NCBI GenBank assembly: GCA_963727395.1
Contig: CAVSGC010000008.1
Span: 23,879 to 87,878, forward strand
Source of the DNA: an uncultured Thermoleophilaceae bacterium
GTDB lineage: Bacteria; Actinomycetota; Thermoleophilia; Solirubrobacterales; Thermoleophilaceae
Direction: 5' to 3'
Length of the DNA: 64,000 nt
Part shown: in pieces, positions 41,996-50,808 of the stretch
How the letters are laid out: every line of letters begins with the position of its first letter
Numbering within the stretch: position 1 is the first letter of the stretch
Made by a program: the position numbers and the translations under genes
The notes under the pieces: generated by a model
The model's input: only the letters and a program-made list of their open reading frames with translations
What the model was told of the DNA's origin: nothing
Database searches by the model: none

Positions 41996-43900
41996 TCAGC
42001 CGGTGGCGGGTGCGCCGTGGCGCGCTGTTGGGCGGCGATCGGGTGCGCCCGGTCCCCTCGGTGGGCGTTCACCGGCTCCCGGAGCTGCCAGGGCGAGACG
42101 GTGCAGGCCCCAGGCCAGCAGGGCCAGCAGGGCCAGCGCGATGGCCACCACCACGCCGTAGGCGAGCACCGTCAGACCCGCGGCGGTGGACTTCTGCTCC
42201 CGCTGCAGGATCTCGTGGTCGGCCACGAACTCGCGGCTGATGCTCGCCGTGGCGGGCACCTCCTTGGCCGGGATCGCCCTGTCCTCCGGGAGGAAGATCG
42301 GCACGCCGGTGAGCGAGTTGCCGTTGTGCAGGCGCAGGATCGCCTTCCAGTTGCCGTGCACCGGGATCGGCTCCGTGGTCCGGTAGCGGCCGGGCCCCGT
42401 GCGCCGGAGGCGGTCCACCACCAGGCCGTCGCCCTGCCACGCGGTCACGGTGAGCCACTCGGCGTTGTCGGCGGCCGAGGGCGGATCCAGGCGCACGTCG
42501 GCGGACACCGTGCGGCTGGGGCCCGACTCCACATCCTGCAGCTGGATGTCGGCCCTCACGCCGGAGTCGGCCGGTTTGTAGAGCGCATACCCGACGATCA
42601 ACGCCAGCGCGGCGGACGCCGCGGCCGCCGCGGTGCGCAGCGATGTCGTGCGCGGCATGGCGTCGGAGGACAGCCGGGCGCCGATCCACGCGCCCACGAG
42701 GGCCCCGGCCACGGCGGCGGCGAAGCCGAGGATCGCGGCCTCGGGCAGCAGCTCGGAGGGCCACGGGATCGGCATCCAGATGTGCGACCAGCCCCACTCG
42801 GCCGCCAGCCCCACCGTGCCGATCAACACGCCGCACACGGCGCCGAAGGCCAGCGGGCGCGCCGCCGGCGCCATCCGCAGCGCCACCAGCTCCACCAGCG
42901 CCGCCTCCACGATGTACAGCGGAAGGTGAGGGGTGGTCTCGCCCAGCACGGGACCCACCAGCAGCGCCAGGCCGCCGCGCACCGCGATGAAGAAGGCCAC
43001 CGCACCCAGTGCGGCGCCGCGGCCGAGCCAGATGCGCGTGGCCACCAGGGCCACGGCGGCGGCCACCATGATCATGATCGGCTGGAACACGAAGCGGAAC
43101 TGGGGCACGCCGAAGTCGAACTCGGCCTGGAACGTGGACAGGCCGATCAGCAGGCCGCCCACGAGCGCCGTGCGGCGCACGACGAAGGTCCAGTGCCGCT
43201 CGGCTCCGTCCCTGGTCTCGGGCGAGCGCAGCGCCTCCACCAGCAGCACGGCTATGCCCACCAGCGTCATCGACGCTCCGCCAATCAGCATCAGGTGGGT
43301 GGGGCCCCAGAGGGTCACGTCCTGGCCGAAGAGGCGGTGCCAGACGTCGTCGAGCGGGAATCCGATCAGCGAGAACGCGCCACAGGCGCAGATCAGCACG
43401 CCGCCGAGGGGCGCGTGCCAGTCGCGAGTGATCCTCACCGCGCTCGCGCTGGGCTTCTCGCGCGGCAGCACCATCGCCACGAACCCGGCGGCGAAGATGC
43501 CGAACAGGCCGATCAGGATGAAGTAGTGGGCCGGGTTGGCCAGGGGTCCCTCGTCGCGGCCCACGTCGATGTGCAGGGAGATGTCCCAGTACATGCCGAA
43601 GACCGCGATCAGCAGCGAGCTGGCGGCGAGGGCCGACGGCACGGCGGCCCATCCGGGGAGGCCCGACACGCGCGTGCCGAAGCTGCCCAGGCTCTCGAGC
43701 AGGCCGATCTTGCCGCTGCGGTGGCCGATGCCGAGCACCAGCAGCAGCGTGGTGACCACCGCGGCGCCGCCGGTGGCGATCACGATCTCGCCGAGCGCGG
43801 CGCCGCCCGCGGGCTCCTCGCCCTGCGCGAAGGCGCTGGGCGGCAGGACGGTCAGTGCGGCGAAGGTGCTGAGCGCGAGGGTGGTTGCGCGGGCGGTCAT
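41996..43900 (-). CDS. large polytopic membrane protein of unknown function (signal peptide, about 12 TM, extracytoplasmic beta-rich domain, C-terminal TM)
   Basis: Internal ATG of ORF 41996-44278. MTARATTLALSTFAALTVLPPSAFAQ...MYWDISLHIDVGRDEGPLANPAHYFILIGLFG...DDVWHRLFGQDVTLWGPTHLMLIGG...; C-domain DIQLQDVESGPSRTVSADVRLDPPSAADNAEWLTVTAWQGDGLVVDRLRRTGPGRYRTTEPIPVHGNWKAILRLHNG. Intact, no family recognised. Confidence 0.75.
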   Translation of the reverse strand: MTARATTLALSTFAALTVLPPSAFAQGEEPAGGAALGEIVIATGGAAVVTTLLLVLGIGHRSGKIGLLESLGSFGTRVSGLPGWAAVPSALAASSLLIAVFGMYWDISLHIDVGRDEGPLANPAHYFILIGLFGIFAAGFVAMVLPREKPSASAVRITRDWHAPLGGVLICACGAFSLIGFPLDDVWHRLFGQDVTLWGPTHLMLIGGASMTLVGIAVLLVEALRSPETRDGAERHWTFVVRRTALVGGLLIGLSTFQAEFDFGVPQFRFVFQPIMIMVAAAVALVATRIWLGRGAALGAVAFFIAVRGGLALLVGPVLGETTPHLPLYIVEAALVELVALRMAPAARPLAFGAVCGVLIGTVGLAAEWGWSHIWMPIPWPSELLPEAAILGFAAAVAGALVGAWIGARLSSDAMPRTTSLRTAAAAASAALALIVGYALYKPADSGVRADIQLQDVESGPSRTVSADVRLDPPSAADNAEWLTVTAWQGDGLVVDRLRRTGPGRYRTTEPIPVHGNWKAILRLHNGNSLTGVPIFLPEDRAIPAKEVPATASISREFVADHEILQREQKSTAAGLTVLAYGVVVAIALALLALLAWGLHRLALAAPGAGERPPRGPGAPDRRPTARHGAPATG

Positions 43901-43993
43901 CGAGTCTCTTGACTCCTCCAGTCGGTGACAGCGGCCTATGTTACAGCGATTGATGTCAAGGTTGGTGTGCGTTCGGTCACGTAACCTTGGCCC

Positions 43994-44257
43994 ATGGCGG
44001 CGAGGGATCCGCACCGCAGAGCCGGCGAGGCGCTCTCGAACTCGCCGCAGCTGCGCCTGGAGGTGGCGCGCATGCGCGTGGACTTCAGGCGCCTTGGCAA
44101 GAACACCGACCACCTGAGCGACCAGCAGATCCTCGACGGCATCCAGGAGGCCGGCAAGAAGCTCCCCAAGGTGAGCGACCGCCCGGGCGGCGCGAGCTTC
44201 AGAGAGGCGCGGGACGCGTTCGTGCGGGGGCTGCCGGATTTGCCTGAGGGTTCCTAG
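43994..44257 (+). CDS. small hypothetical protein
   Basis: 87-aa ORF, GC3-rich. ...LRLEVARMRVDFRRLGKNTDHLSDQQILDGIQEAGKKLPKVSDRPGGASFREARDAFVRGLPDLPEGS. An internal ATG at 44072 has a good SD (ggagg, 8 nt) and may be the true start. Confidence 0.55.
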   Translation: MAARDPHRRAGEALSNSPQLRLEVARMRVDFRRLGKNTDHLSDQQILDGIQEAGKKLPKVSDRPGGASFREARDAFVRGLPDLPEGS

Positions 44258-44349
44258 AAAAAAGCGCCAGGTACCCATAATCGGTGTTATCGAGCGCTCT
44301 GAATGAGTTTCGGGGGACAGCAGGCGCCGCGCATATATCGTCAGGCCTC

Positions 44350-45843
44350 ATGCCCCCCGATCACCACGACGTCCTGATCGTCGGCGCCGGGCTGTCGGGC
44401 ATCGGCGCCGCGGTTCACCTGCAGGAGCGCTGTCCGGGCAAGTCCTACGCCATTCTCGAGGCGCGCGAGGACATCGGCGGCACGTGGGACCTGTTCCGCT
44501 ATCCGGGTGTGCGGTCGGACTCCGACATGTACACGCTGGGCTACCGCTTCCGCCCGTGGACCGAGGCGAAGGCGATTGCCGACGGCCCCGCGATCCTCAG
44601 CTACGTGCGCGACACCGCGCGCGAGTACGGGATCGAGGACCGGATCCGCTTCCACCATCGCGTTGTCCGCGCCGAATGGTCGAGCGACGACGCGGCCTGG
44701 ACCGTGGAGGTGGAGCGCACCGACACCGGTGAGACCGCCCACCTGACCTGCAACTTCCTGTTCACGTGCGGCGGCTACTACCGCTACGACGAGGGCTACA
44801 CCCCGGACTTCGAGGGCATTGAGCGGTTCGGCGGCCAGATCGTCCACCCCCAGCACTGGCCCGAGGACCTCGACTACCGGGGCAAGCGGGTCGTGGTGAT
44901 CGGCAGCGGCGCCACGGCGGTGACGCTCGTGCCCGCGATGGCCGCCGATGCCGAGCACGTGACGCTGCTGCAGCGCTCGCCCACCTACATCCTGTCGATG
45001 CCCGACGAGGACCCGATCGCAACCGTGCTCAACAGGCTCCTGCCCGATCGCGTGGCGTATCCCATCGTCCGCTGGAAGAACGTGGCGCTGGCCATCCTCG
45101 TCTACCAGGCGAGCCAGCGGCTGCCGAGGCAGATAACGCGTCTGCTGCGCACACTGGTGAAGCGCCAGCTGCCGGCAGACTACGCCGTGGACTCGCATTT
45201 CAAGCCCCGCTACAACCCCTGGGACCAGCGACTGTGCCTGGTGCCCAACGGCGACCTGTTCGAAGCCATCAGCGCGGGCGACGCGTCGATGGTCACCGAC
45301 GAGATCGACACGTTCACCGAGAAGGGGCTGGCGCTGAAGTCGGGCGCGGATCTGGAGGCGGACGTGATCGTGACCGCCACCGGCCTGAACCTGCAGGCCT
45401 TCGGCGGAGTGCAGCTGGCCGTGGACGGCGAGGACGTGCACCTTCCCGACACCATGGCCTACAAGGGCATGATGCTCAGCGGCGTACCCAACTTCGCCTA
45501 CACGATCGGGTACACCAACATCTCGTGGACGTTGAAGGCCGACCTCGTGGCCGAGCACGTCTGCCGGCTGCTCAATCACATGGACGCGCTGGGTGAGCGC
45601 CAGATGGTGCCCGAGCGGCGCGACCCAGAGGTCGAGGAACAGCCGTTCCTGGACTTCCAGGCGGGCTACGTGATGCGCTCGCTGCATAAGTTCCCCAAGC
45701 AGGGGTCGAAGGCCCCGTGGCGGCTGAACCAGAACTACCCGATCGACCTCGTGGCCCTGCGCCACGGCGAGATCGACGAGGAACAGCTGCGCTTCTCCAG
45801 CCCGCCGGCGCGGACGCCCGAAGCCGCGGGCCATACGCTGTAG
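44350..45843 (+). CDS. flavin-dependent Baeyer-Villiger-type monooxygenase (EthA-like)
   Basis: HDVLIVGAGLSGIGAAVHL (FAD GxGxxG), EAREDIGGTWDLFRYPGVRSDSDMY, BVMO fingerprint FGGQIVHPQHWPED, VVVIGSGATAVTLVPAM (NADP). Intact. Confidence 0.85.
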   Translation: MPPDHHDVLIVGAGLSGIGAAVHLQERCPGKSYAILEAREDIGGTWDLFRYPGVRSDSDMYTLGYRFRPWTEAKAIADGPAILSYVRDTAREYGIEDRIRFHHRVVRAEWSSDDAAWTVEVERTDTGETAHLTCNFLFTCGGYYRYDEGYTPDFEGIERFGGQIVHPQHWPEDLDYRGKRVVVIGSGATAVTLVPAMAADAEHVTLLQRSPTYILSMPDEDPIATVLNRLLPDRVAYPIVRWKNVALAILVYQASQRLPRQITRLLRTLVKRQLPADYAVDSHFKPRYNPWDQRLCLVPNGDLFEAISAGDASMVTDEIDTFTEKGLALKSGADLEADVIVTATGLNLQAFGGVQLAVDGEDVHLPDTMAYKGMMLSGVPNFAYTIGYTNISWTLKADLVAEHVCRLLNHMDALGERQMVPERRDPEVEEQPFLDFQAGYVMRSLHKFPKQGSKAPWRLNQNYPIDLVALRHGEIDEEQLRFSSPPARTPEAAGHTL

Positions 45844-45846
45844 AAC

Positions 45847-46653
45847 GTGATCGAACTTCAGGCGCACTCCACCGTGTCCGACGGCGAGCTGGAACCCGCC
45901 GCCGTGGTGGCCGCGGCGGCGGCCGCGGGCGTGACCACCTTCGCGCTGTCCGATCACGACGCGGTGGACGGCCTGGCGGAGGCCGCGGAGGCGGCCGATC
46001 AGCACGGGATCGAGCTGGTGCCCGCCGCGGAGATGTCCTGTGCGCACCCGGTGGCCGAGGAGCTGCACATGCTCGGCTACTGGATCGATCCCCGGGTCAT
46101 GGGCGCCGCGTGCGAGAGGGCCCAGCAGGAGCGCGTCAATCGCGCCGAGGAGATTGTGGCCAACCTCAACGCAGCCGGTGTGGAGGTGACGCTGGAGGGG
46201 GCGATCGCCCAGGCGGGCGACGCCGCCTCGGTGGGCCGCCCCCACATCGCCAAGGCCGCCGGCGTGACCGACATGGGCCCCTTCTTCGAGAAGTACCTCA
46301 TCCCCGGGTGTGACACCTATGTCCCGCGACGCTGGCCCAGCACTCCCGAGGCGATCGACCTGATCCACGAGGCCGGCGGAGCCGCCGTTCTGGCGCACCC
46401 GTTCTGGGATCTCGATCAGCCCGATGAGGTGCGCAACCTGATCGAGGAGCTGGATCTGGAGGGCGTTGAGGTGTTCTACCCCTCCCACACGCGCGAGCAG
46501 GTGCAGTTCTTGGTGGACCTGTGCCGCGACCGCGGTCTGGCCACCACAGCGTCGTCGGACTTCCACGGGCCGGACCACAAGATGTTTGCCCGCTTCGGCG
46601 CCTACGAGACCTTCGGGATCGGCGAACCCGAGGTGCCCTCTCCAAGGGACTGA
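45847..46653 (+). CDS. PHP-domain metal-dependent phosphoesterase (TrpH/YciV-like)
   Basis: GTG 3 nt after the upstream stop. IELQAHSTVSDGELEP...FALSDHDAVDGL...ELVPAAEMSC...LHMLGYW...GRPHIAKA...IDLIHEAGGAAVLAHP...GVEVFYPSH...TASSDFHG. Intact. Confidence 0.8.
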   Translation: MIELQAHSTVSDGELEPAAVVAAAAAAGVTTFALSDHDAVDGLAEAAEAADQHGIELVPAAEMSCAHPVAEELHMLGYWIDPRVMGAACERAQQERVNRAEEIVANLNAAGVEVTLEGAIAQAGDAASVGRPHIAKAAGVTDMGPFFEKYLIPGCDTYVPRRWPSTPEAIDLIHEAGGAAVLAHPFWDLDQPDEVRNLIEELDLEGVEVFYPSHTREQVQFLVDLCRDRGLATTASSDFHGPDHKMFARFGAYETFGIGEPEVPSPRD

Positions 46654-46656
46654 GGC

Positions 46657-47307
46657 GTGAGCGGTCCCGACCGCTATGAGCCGATGCCGGGCATCAGCCG
46701 GCTGCCCGGCTTTTTGTGGCGCAAGCTCCCGCGGGCGGGCAAGGTGCTCGTGGCGGCGGCTGGGATTGCGATCGTGGCGGCGACGGTGCTCTCCATTCCC
46801 GGGATCCGTGAGGGGAAGCAGACCGCTCGCGAGCGCGCGCAGGTGGAGGCTGCCGAGGCACGCAAGGCACGCCTGGCCGAGCTGCGGCAGCTGATGCGGC
46901 CGCGCACCCTCACCGTGGCGTCGGTGGACACGCCCTCCGCCCCCATTCCCGAGCGTACGGCGGCCCGCCGTGCGGCGCTGAGCCGCGTGCGGGAGGCGAT
47001 CGCGGCCGACGCGCGCCGGCGCGAGAGCCCGCGCATCCGGGATGCCCGCTGCGAGCGGATTCCCTCCACCGCTGCCCCTCCGGCCGGCGACCTCTCGGCC
47101 GCCAGCGTGCGCGTGTCGTGCGTGGCGGTCACCTCCGAGCTGGACGCCAGCGAGCGCACCACCGGAGTGACCCTGGGCTATCCCTACGTCGCGCTGGTGC
47201 ACTTCCGCTCCGGGCGCGTGGGCTTCTGCCGTACGGTGGGACAGGCCGGCGAGGGCGGCTACACCGATACGCCCGAGGTCCCAACCCCCGCCGCCTGCGG
47301 GGGCTGA
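46657..47307 (+). CDS. hypothetical membrane-anchored protein with Cys-containing C-domain
   Basis: GTG 3 nt after the PHP stop. KVLVAAAGIAIVAATVLSIP (TM), coiled segment REGKQTARERAQVEAAEARKARLAELRQL, then CERIP...VSCVAVTSE...GYPYVALVHFRSGRVGFCRTV...PAACGG. Intact, no family recognised. Confidence 0.6.
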   Translation: MSGPDRYEPMPGISRLPGFLWRKLPRAGKVLVAAAGIAIVAATVLSIPGIREGKQTARERAQVEAAEARKARLAELRQLMRPRTLTVASVDTPSAPIPERTAARRAALSRVREAIAADARRRESPRIRDARCERIPSTAAPPAGDLSAASVRVSCVAVTSELDASERTTGVTLGYPYVALVHFRSGRVGFCRTVGQAGEGGYTDTPEVPTPAACGG

Positions 47308-47313
47308 GCGGGG

Positions 47314-47676
47314 CTACTCCTCGGTCGCCTTCACCACGGCGGCCGCGAACACGGCCTGAAGCGGCAGCCGCGCCCAGAGCAGCCACCGTGGGATCGGCGC
47401 AAGCCCCTTTATCTCGCCGGGGTGCAGTGCCATGTGCACATTGGCCGGGAAGATCGCCACCAGGAGGGCCAGCAGCCACCAGCGGGCCGGCCTCTCGAGC
47501 CCCGGCGTGAGCAGCAGCAGGCCGCCGGCCACCTCCGCCGCGCCGCTGGCCTGCACCATCTCGCGGTGCGCCGGAATGTACGCCGGCATGATCGCCTCGT
47601 AGCGCTTGGGCACCAGGAAGTGCAGCGTGCCGGCGAGCACCCAGATCACGCCGTGGATCTTCCGCTGGGTCGTCAT
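47314..47676 (-). CDS. DoxX-like small membrane protein
   Basis: Intact 120-aa ORF with four hydrophobic segments. IHGVIWVLAGTLHFLVP...AEVAGGLLLLTPG...WWLLALLVAIFPANVHMAL. Confidence 0.65.
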   Translation of the reverse strand: MTTQRKIHGVIWVLAGTLHFLVPKRYEAIMPAYIPAHREMVQASGAAEVAGGLLLLTPGLERPARWWLLALLVAIFPANVHMALHPGEIKGLAPIPRWLLWARLPLQAVFAAAVVKATEE

Positions 47677-48671
47677 CCGTCCGCAAACGGCTGGATCGGG
47701 ATCCCGTGGCCGGTCTCTCGCATGCCCAGCTCGTACGCGGCCCCGCCCTCGAGATCGAGCTGGATGGGTTCGCTGCCGGGGCGCGAGACGGCCAGGCGCA
47801 TATCGGCCACCGAGCAGTTCACGGTGTTGTGCTCGGAGCCGTCGGGGTCAGCGTAGACCCACCCCACAATGTCGTCGCGGTCGGCCTCCACCGTGCCCTG
47901 GACGGTAAGGCCGCGGCCGGGCAGCGTGAAGTCACACCTCGAGGGGCTCTCCGAAACGTCCGTGCGCCGGATGCGCCCCGGGCCACCCAACCGCAGGCGC
48001 TCGCCACCGACGCAGAGCACGCCGTTCGCGATCCATGGCGTGGTGTAGGAGCCCACCTTGACGCGGCCCAGGCCCGCGTCGAGCCACGCATCCTCGTCCT
48101 GGGCGAACCCGGCGCCGTGCATCCAGATCCACCGCTCGGCGTGCTCGGCGCCCCAGTTGTGCCCCACCATGCCGCGCCACCCGTCGAGCTCGACGGAGTG
48201 CCCGTCCACCTCCGCTCGCCCGCTGAAGCGCGCCGCAGGGTGCGGGCTGAGCAGCTTGGTACGCGGTATGGGCGCGCGGTACATCCACCGTCGCGGCAGG
48301 TGGTGCAGCGCCTCCTCCCCCGCGTCGAAGGACAGATCCCAGGACGCGCTGCGCCCCTCCCCCTCCGCGCGGCCGGTGACCGTTCCGGGCGCGAACACGC
48401 TGTCGCTCACGTGGATGTACTCACTCTCGCGAGCGCCCACGTCAATGGTGGTCTGCTTCACGGCCCACGGCGCGCCCTCCTCGGAGCGGTCGAACAGCGT
48501 GCACCACAGCGACCCCGTGGGCTCCTCCCCCGGCCGCTTGTGCACCGTGTAGCGGATCCACAGCGCCACGCCCTCCGAGGGGTGCGACGCCTTCAGATAG
48601 AAGCTCTCGTAGTGACCCGCCGGCGGGTCCACGTGAGGGAAGCGGGCGCTCGAGCGCCGGGGGACGGCCAT
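47673..48671 (-). CDS. conserved hypothetical protein (weak tocopherol-cyclase-like motif)
   Basis: Intact 332-aa ORF whose stop overlaps the DoxX start. HYESFYLKASHPSEGVALWIRYTVHK...GMVGHNWGAEHAERWIWMHG...VGWVYADPDGSEHNTVNCSV. The fold assignment is tentative. Confidence 0.7.
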   Translation of the reverse strand: MAVPRRSSARFPHVDPPAGHYESFYLKASHPSEGVALWIRYTVHKRPGEEPTGSLWCTLFDRSEEGAPWAVKQTTIDVGARESEYIHVSDSVFAPGTVTGRAEGEGRSASWDLSFDAGEEALHHLPRRWMYRAPIPRTKLLSPHPAARFSGRAEVDGHSVELDGWRGMVGHNWGAEHAERWIWMHGAGFAQDEDAWLDAGLGRVKVGSYTTPWIANGVLCVGGERLRLGGPGRIRRTDVSESPSRCDFTLPGRGLTVQGTVEADRDDIVGWVYADPDGSEHNTVNCSVADMRLAVSRPGSEPIQLDLEGGAAYELGMRETGHGIPIQPFADG

Positions 48672-48702
48672 GGCGCGGGCAGCCTATTGGTAGAAACCCC
48701 TC

Positions 48703-49395
48703 ATGGCCGACGATCCTGTCCTGCTCATCACCGGCGCCAGCAGCGGCATCGGCGCCGAGACCGCCCGCCACGCCGTCCGCGACGGCTGGCGCGTGGGCCT
48801 GGCCGCGCGCTCGGAGGAAAAGCTCTCAGACCTCGCCGCCGAGCTGGGTGGCGACGATCACGCGATCGCGCTGCGCTGCGACGTGACCGACTGGGACGAC
48901 CAGCAGCGCATCGTGAAGGAGACGATCGATCGGTTCGGCCGGGTGGACGCCTACTTCGCCAACGCCGGCTTCGGCGCCGCACGCGGTTTTCTCGAGGAGT
49001 CCGTGGAGCACTGGAAGTCGATGGTCGACACCAACGTGTACGGCTGCGCGCTGTCGATCCGCGCTGCCCTCACCCACTTCCGCGAGCAGAACGCCGGCCA
49101 CATGCTGCTCACCGGCTCCGTGGCCGGCCGCAGGGCGCTGCCCGGCTCGCTCTACTCGGCCACCAAGTGGGCCGTGACCGCCATGGGCGAGAGCCTGCGC
49201 GCCGAGGTTGCCGACACGCCGATGAGGGTCACCCTGATCGAGCCGGGGATGGTGGACACGCCGTTCTTCGACGAGCCCAAGGAGAACGCGCTGAAGGCCG
49301 ACGACATCGCCCGCGCGGTGATGTACGCGCTCTCGCAGCCCCCGCACGTGGACGTGAACGAGATCCTCGTGCGGCCTGTGAACCAGCCGCTGTAG
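48703..49395 (+). CDS. short-chain dehydrogenase/reductase (SDR)
   Basis: Intact 230-aa ORF. VLLITGASSGIGAETA, NAGFG, GSVAGRRALPGSLYSATKWAVTAMGESLR (YxxxK), IEPGMVDTPF. Confidence 0.85.
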   Translation: MADDPVLLITGASSGIGAETARHAVRDGWRVGLAARSEEKLSDLAAELGGDDHAIALRCDVTDWDDQQRIVKETIDRFGRVDAYFANAGFGAARGFLEESVEHWKSMVDTNVYGCALSIRAALTHFREQNAGHMLLTGSVAGRRALPGSLYSATKWAVTAMGESLRAEVADTPMRVTLIEPGMVDTPFFDEPKENALKADDIARAVMYALSQPPHVDVNEILVRPVNQPL

Positions 49396-49426
49396 GCCTG
49401 GTGAGCCAATCAGGGGGCTTCGAGCG

Positions 49427-49624
49427 CTAGAAGGCGTGCACGGCGCTGGCGGATTCCTGCACGTAGGCCACCTGGGCGCTGCGCACCACCACGCTGCCCC
49501 CGCGTGTGGGCGACTGGAACTCCGGCCACTCGTCCACCTGCAGCTTGCGGCGAACCTCGGCCAGATCCTCCTCCACCTCGAGGGTCAGGTCCTTGGAGAA
49601 CACGATTCGGGTAGCCACGGTCAC
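49427..49624 (-). CDS. small hypothetical protein
   Basis: GTG 49624 (or 49618). VTVATRIVFSKDLTLEVEEDLAEVRRKLQVDEWPEFQSPTRGGSVVVRSAQVAYVQESASAVHAF. GC3-rich tail of ORF 49427-49744. Confidence 0.45.
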   Translation of the reverse strand: MTVATRIVFSKDLTLEVEEDLAEVRRKLQVDEWPEFQSPTRGGSVVVRSAQVAYVQESASAVHAF

Positions 49625-49705
49625 CGAGACTAGGGCTGCGCCAGGACGCAAGAACGGCCACGAGGCGGGCCCGTGCCGTCGATGCCAGGTCCTAGTCTGG
49701 CCCGC

Positions 49706-50808
49706 ATGGCAGGCCCGGCCGAATGGCCCCGCGTGATCGCCCACATGGACATGGACGCGTTCTACGTGAGCGTGGAGCTACAGCGCCGCCCCGAGCTGCG
49801 CGGCCTGCCGGTGGTGGTGGCGGGCAGCGGCCCGCGGGCGGTGGTCACCACGGCCAGCTACGAGGCGCGCAGGTTCGGCGTGTTCTCGGCCACGCCCGCC
49901 TCCCGGGCACGGCGGCTGTGCCCGCAGGCGGTGTTCGTGCAACCCGAGTTCGACCACTACCGCGAGCGCTCGCGGGCGGTGATGGAGACCGTGAGGCGAG
50001 CAGATCGAGACCGTGGAGGTGGTGGGTCTGGACGAGGCCTACCTCGACCTGACCGGCGCTGGAGCAGCCCGAAAGCGGCCGCCCGGCGGATGAAGGCCGC
50101 GGTGCGAGAGGCCACCGGGCTGGCGTGCTCGATCGGCATCGGCCCCAACAAGCTGGTGGCCAAGGTGGCCTCGGACGCGGACAAGCCCGACGGCTTCCTG
50201 GCGCTCACCGCCGCCGAGGCGCGCGAGCGCTTCGCCTCCCACTCCCCCGGTCTCATCCCCGGCATCGGCCCCAAGAGCGTGGAGCGGCTGAGCCGCGCGG
50301 CATCGAGACCCTGGGCGCGCTCGCCGAGGCGCCCGACCCCAGCTCTGGCCGAGTGGTTCGGCTCACGCCTGGGGCCGCACCTGGGCGTGCCTGGCGCGGT
50401 TCGAGGACGAGCGGCCGATCGAGACCGCGCGGATCCGCAAGTCGGAGTCGCGCGAGACCACCTTCGACCGCGACCTGCGCGGGCCTCGAGGCAGCTCGAG
50501 CCGGTGCTGGAGCGCCTGACCGGCGCAGCTCTGCGGCCGACATGGAGCGCCACGGGCGGCGCGGGCGCACGGTGGGGATCAAGGTGCGGCTGGACGACTT
50601 CTCCACCCACACGCGCGCCCGGACCCTCGCGCGCGCCGGTGAACGACACGCCGACGGTGCTGCGGCGTGGCGCGGGAGCTGCTGCGCGCCCTGGACCCGC
50701 AGCGCCCCGTGCGCCTGCTGGGCGTGCGGGTGGCGGGGCTGGACGCGCGAGCGCGCCCGCGGATGCGGGCGACGGCGCCGAGCCGCAGCTGGAGCTCAGC
50801 CCTCGTAG
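49706..50808 (+). pseudogene. dinB: DNA polymerase IV (DinB); frame disrupted
   Basis: VIAHMDMDAFYVSVELQRRPELRGLPVVVAGSGPRAVVTTASYEARRFGVFSATPASRARRLCPQAVFV.PEFDHYRERSRAVME (ORF 49673), a LDEAYLDLTG piece in another frame, ACSIGIGPNKLVAKVASDADKPDGFLAL...PGIGPKSVERL, then GIKVRLDDFSTHTRARTL and PVRLLGVRVAGL in other frames. Confidence 0.8.

Noticed and set aside
40793-43912. Very long ORFs antisense to well-supported genes: 40793-43912 (+, 1039 aa), 44341-47202 (-, 953 aa), 62149-63813 (-, 554 aa), 30956-33016 (+, 686 aa), 16158-17513 (-, 451 aa), 3839-5434 (+, 531 aa).
   Set aside because: These are typical shadow ORFs of high-GC DNA. Their translations are Arg/Gly/Ala/His/Pro-rich low-complexity strings without motifs, and the opposite strand carries clear homologous genes with the expected GC3 bias.
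49627-49698. 8-nt inverted repeat AGACTAGG ... CCTAGTCT flanking the dinB / small-ORF divergent spacer, considered as an SOS operator or element ends.
   Set aside because: The arms are 56 nt apart, which is too far for a dimeric operator. The sequence is unlike known LexA boxes and unlike the recA-leader palindromes, and nothing mobile lies between the arms.
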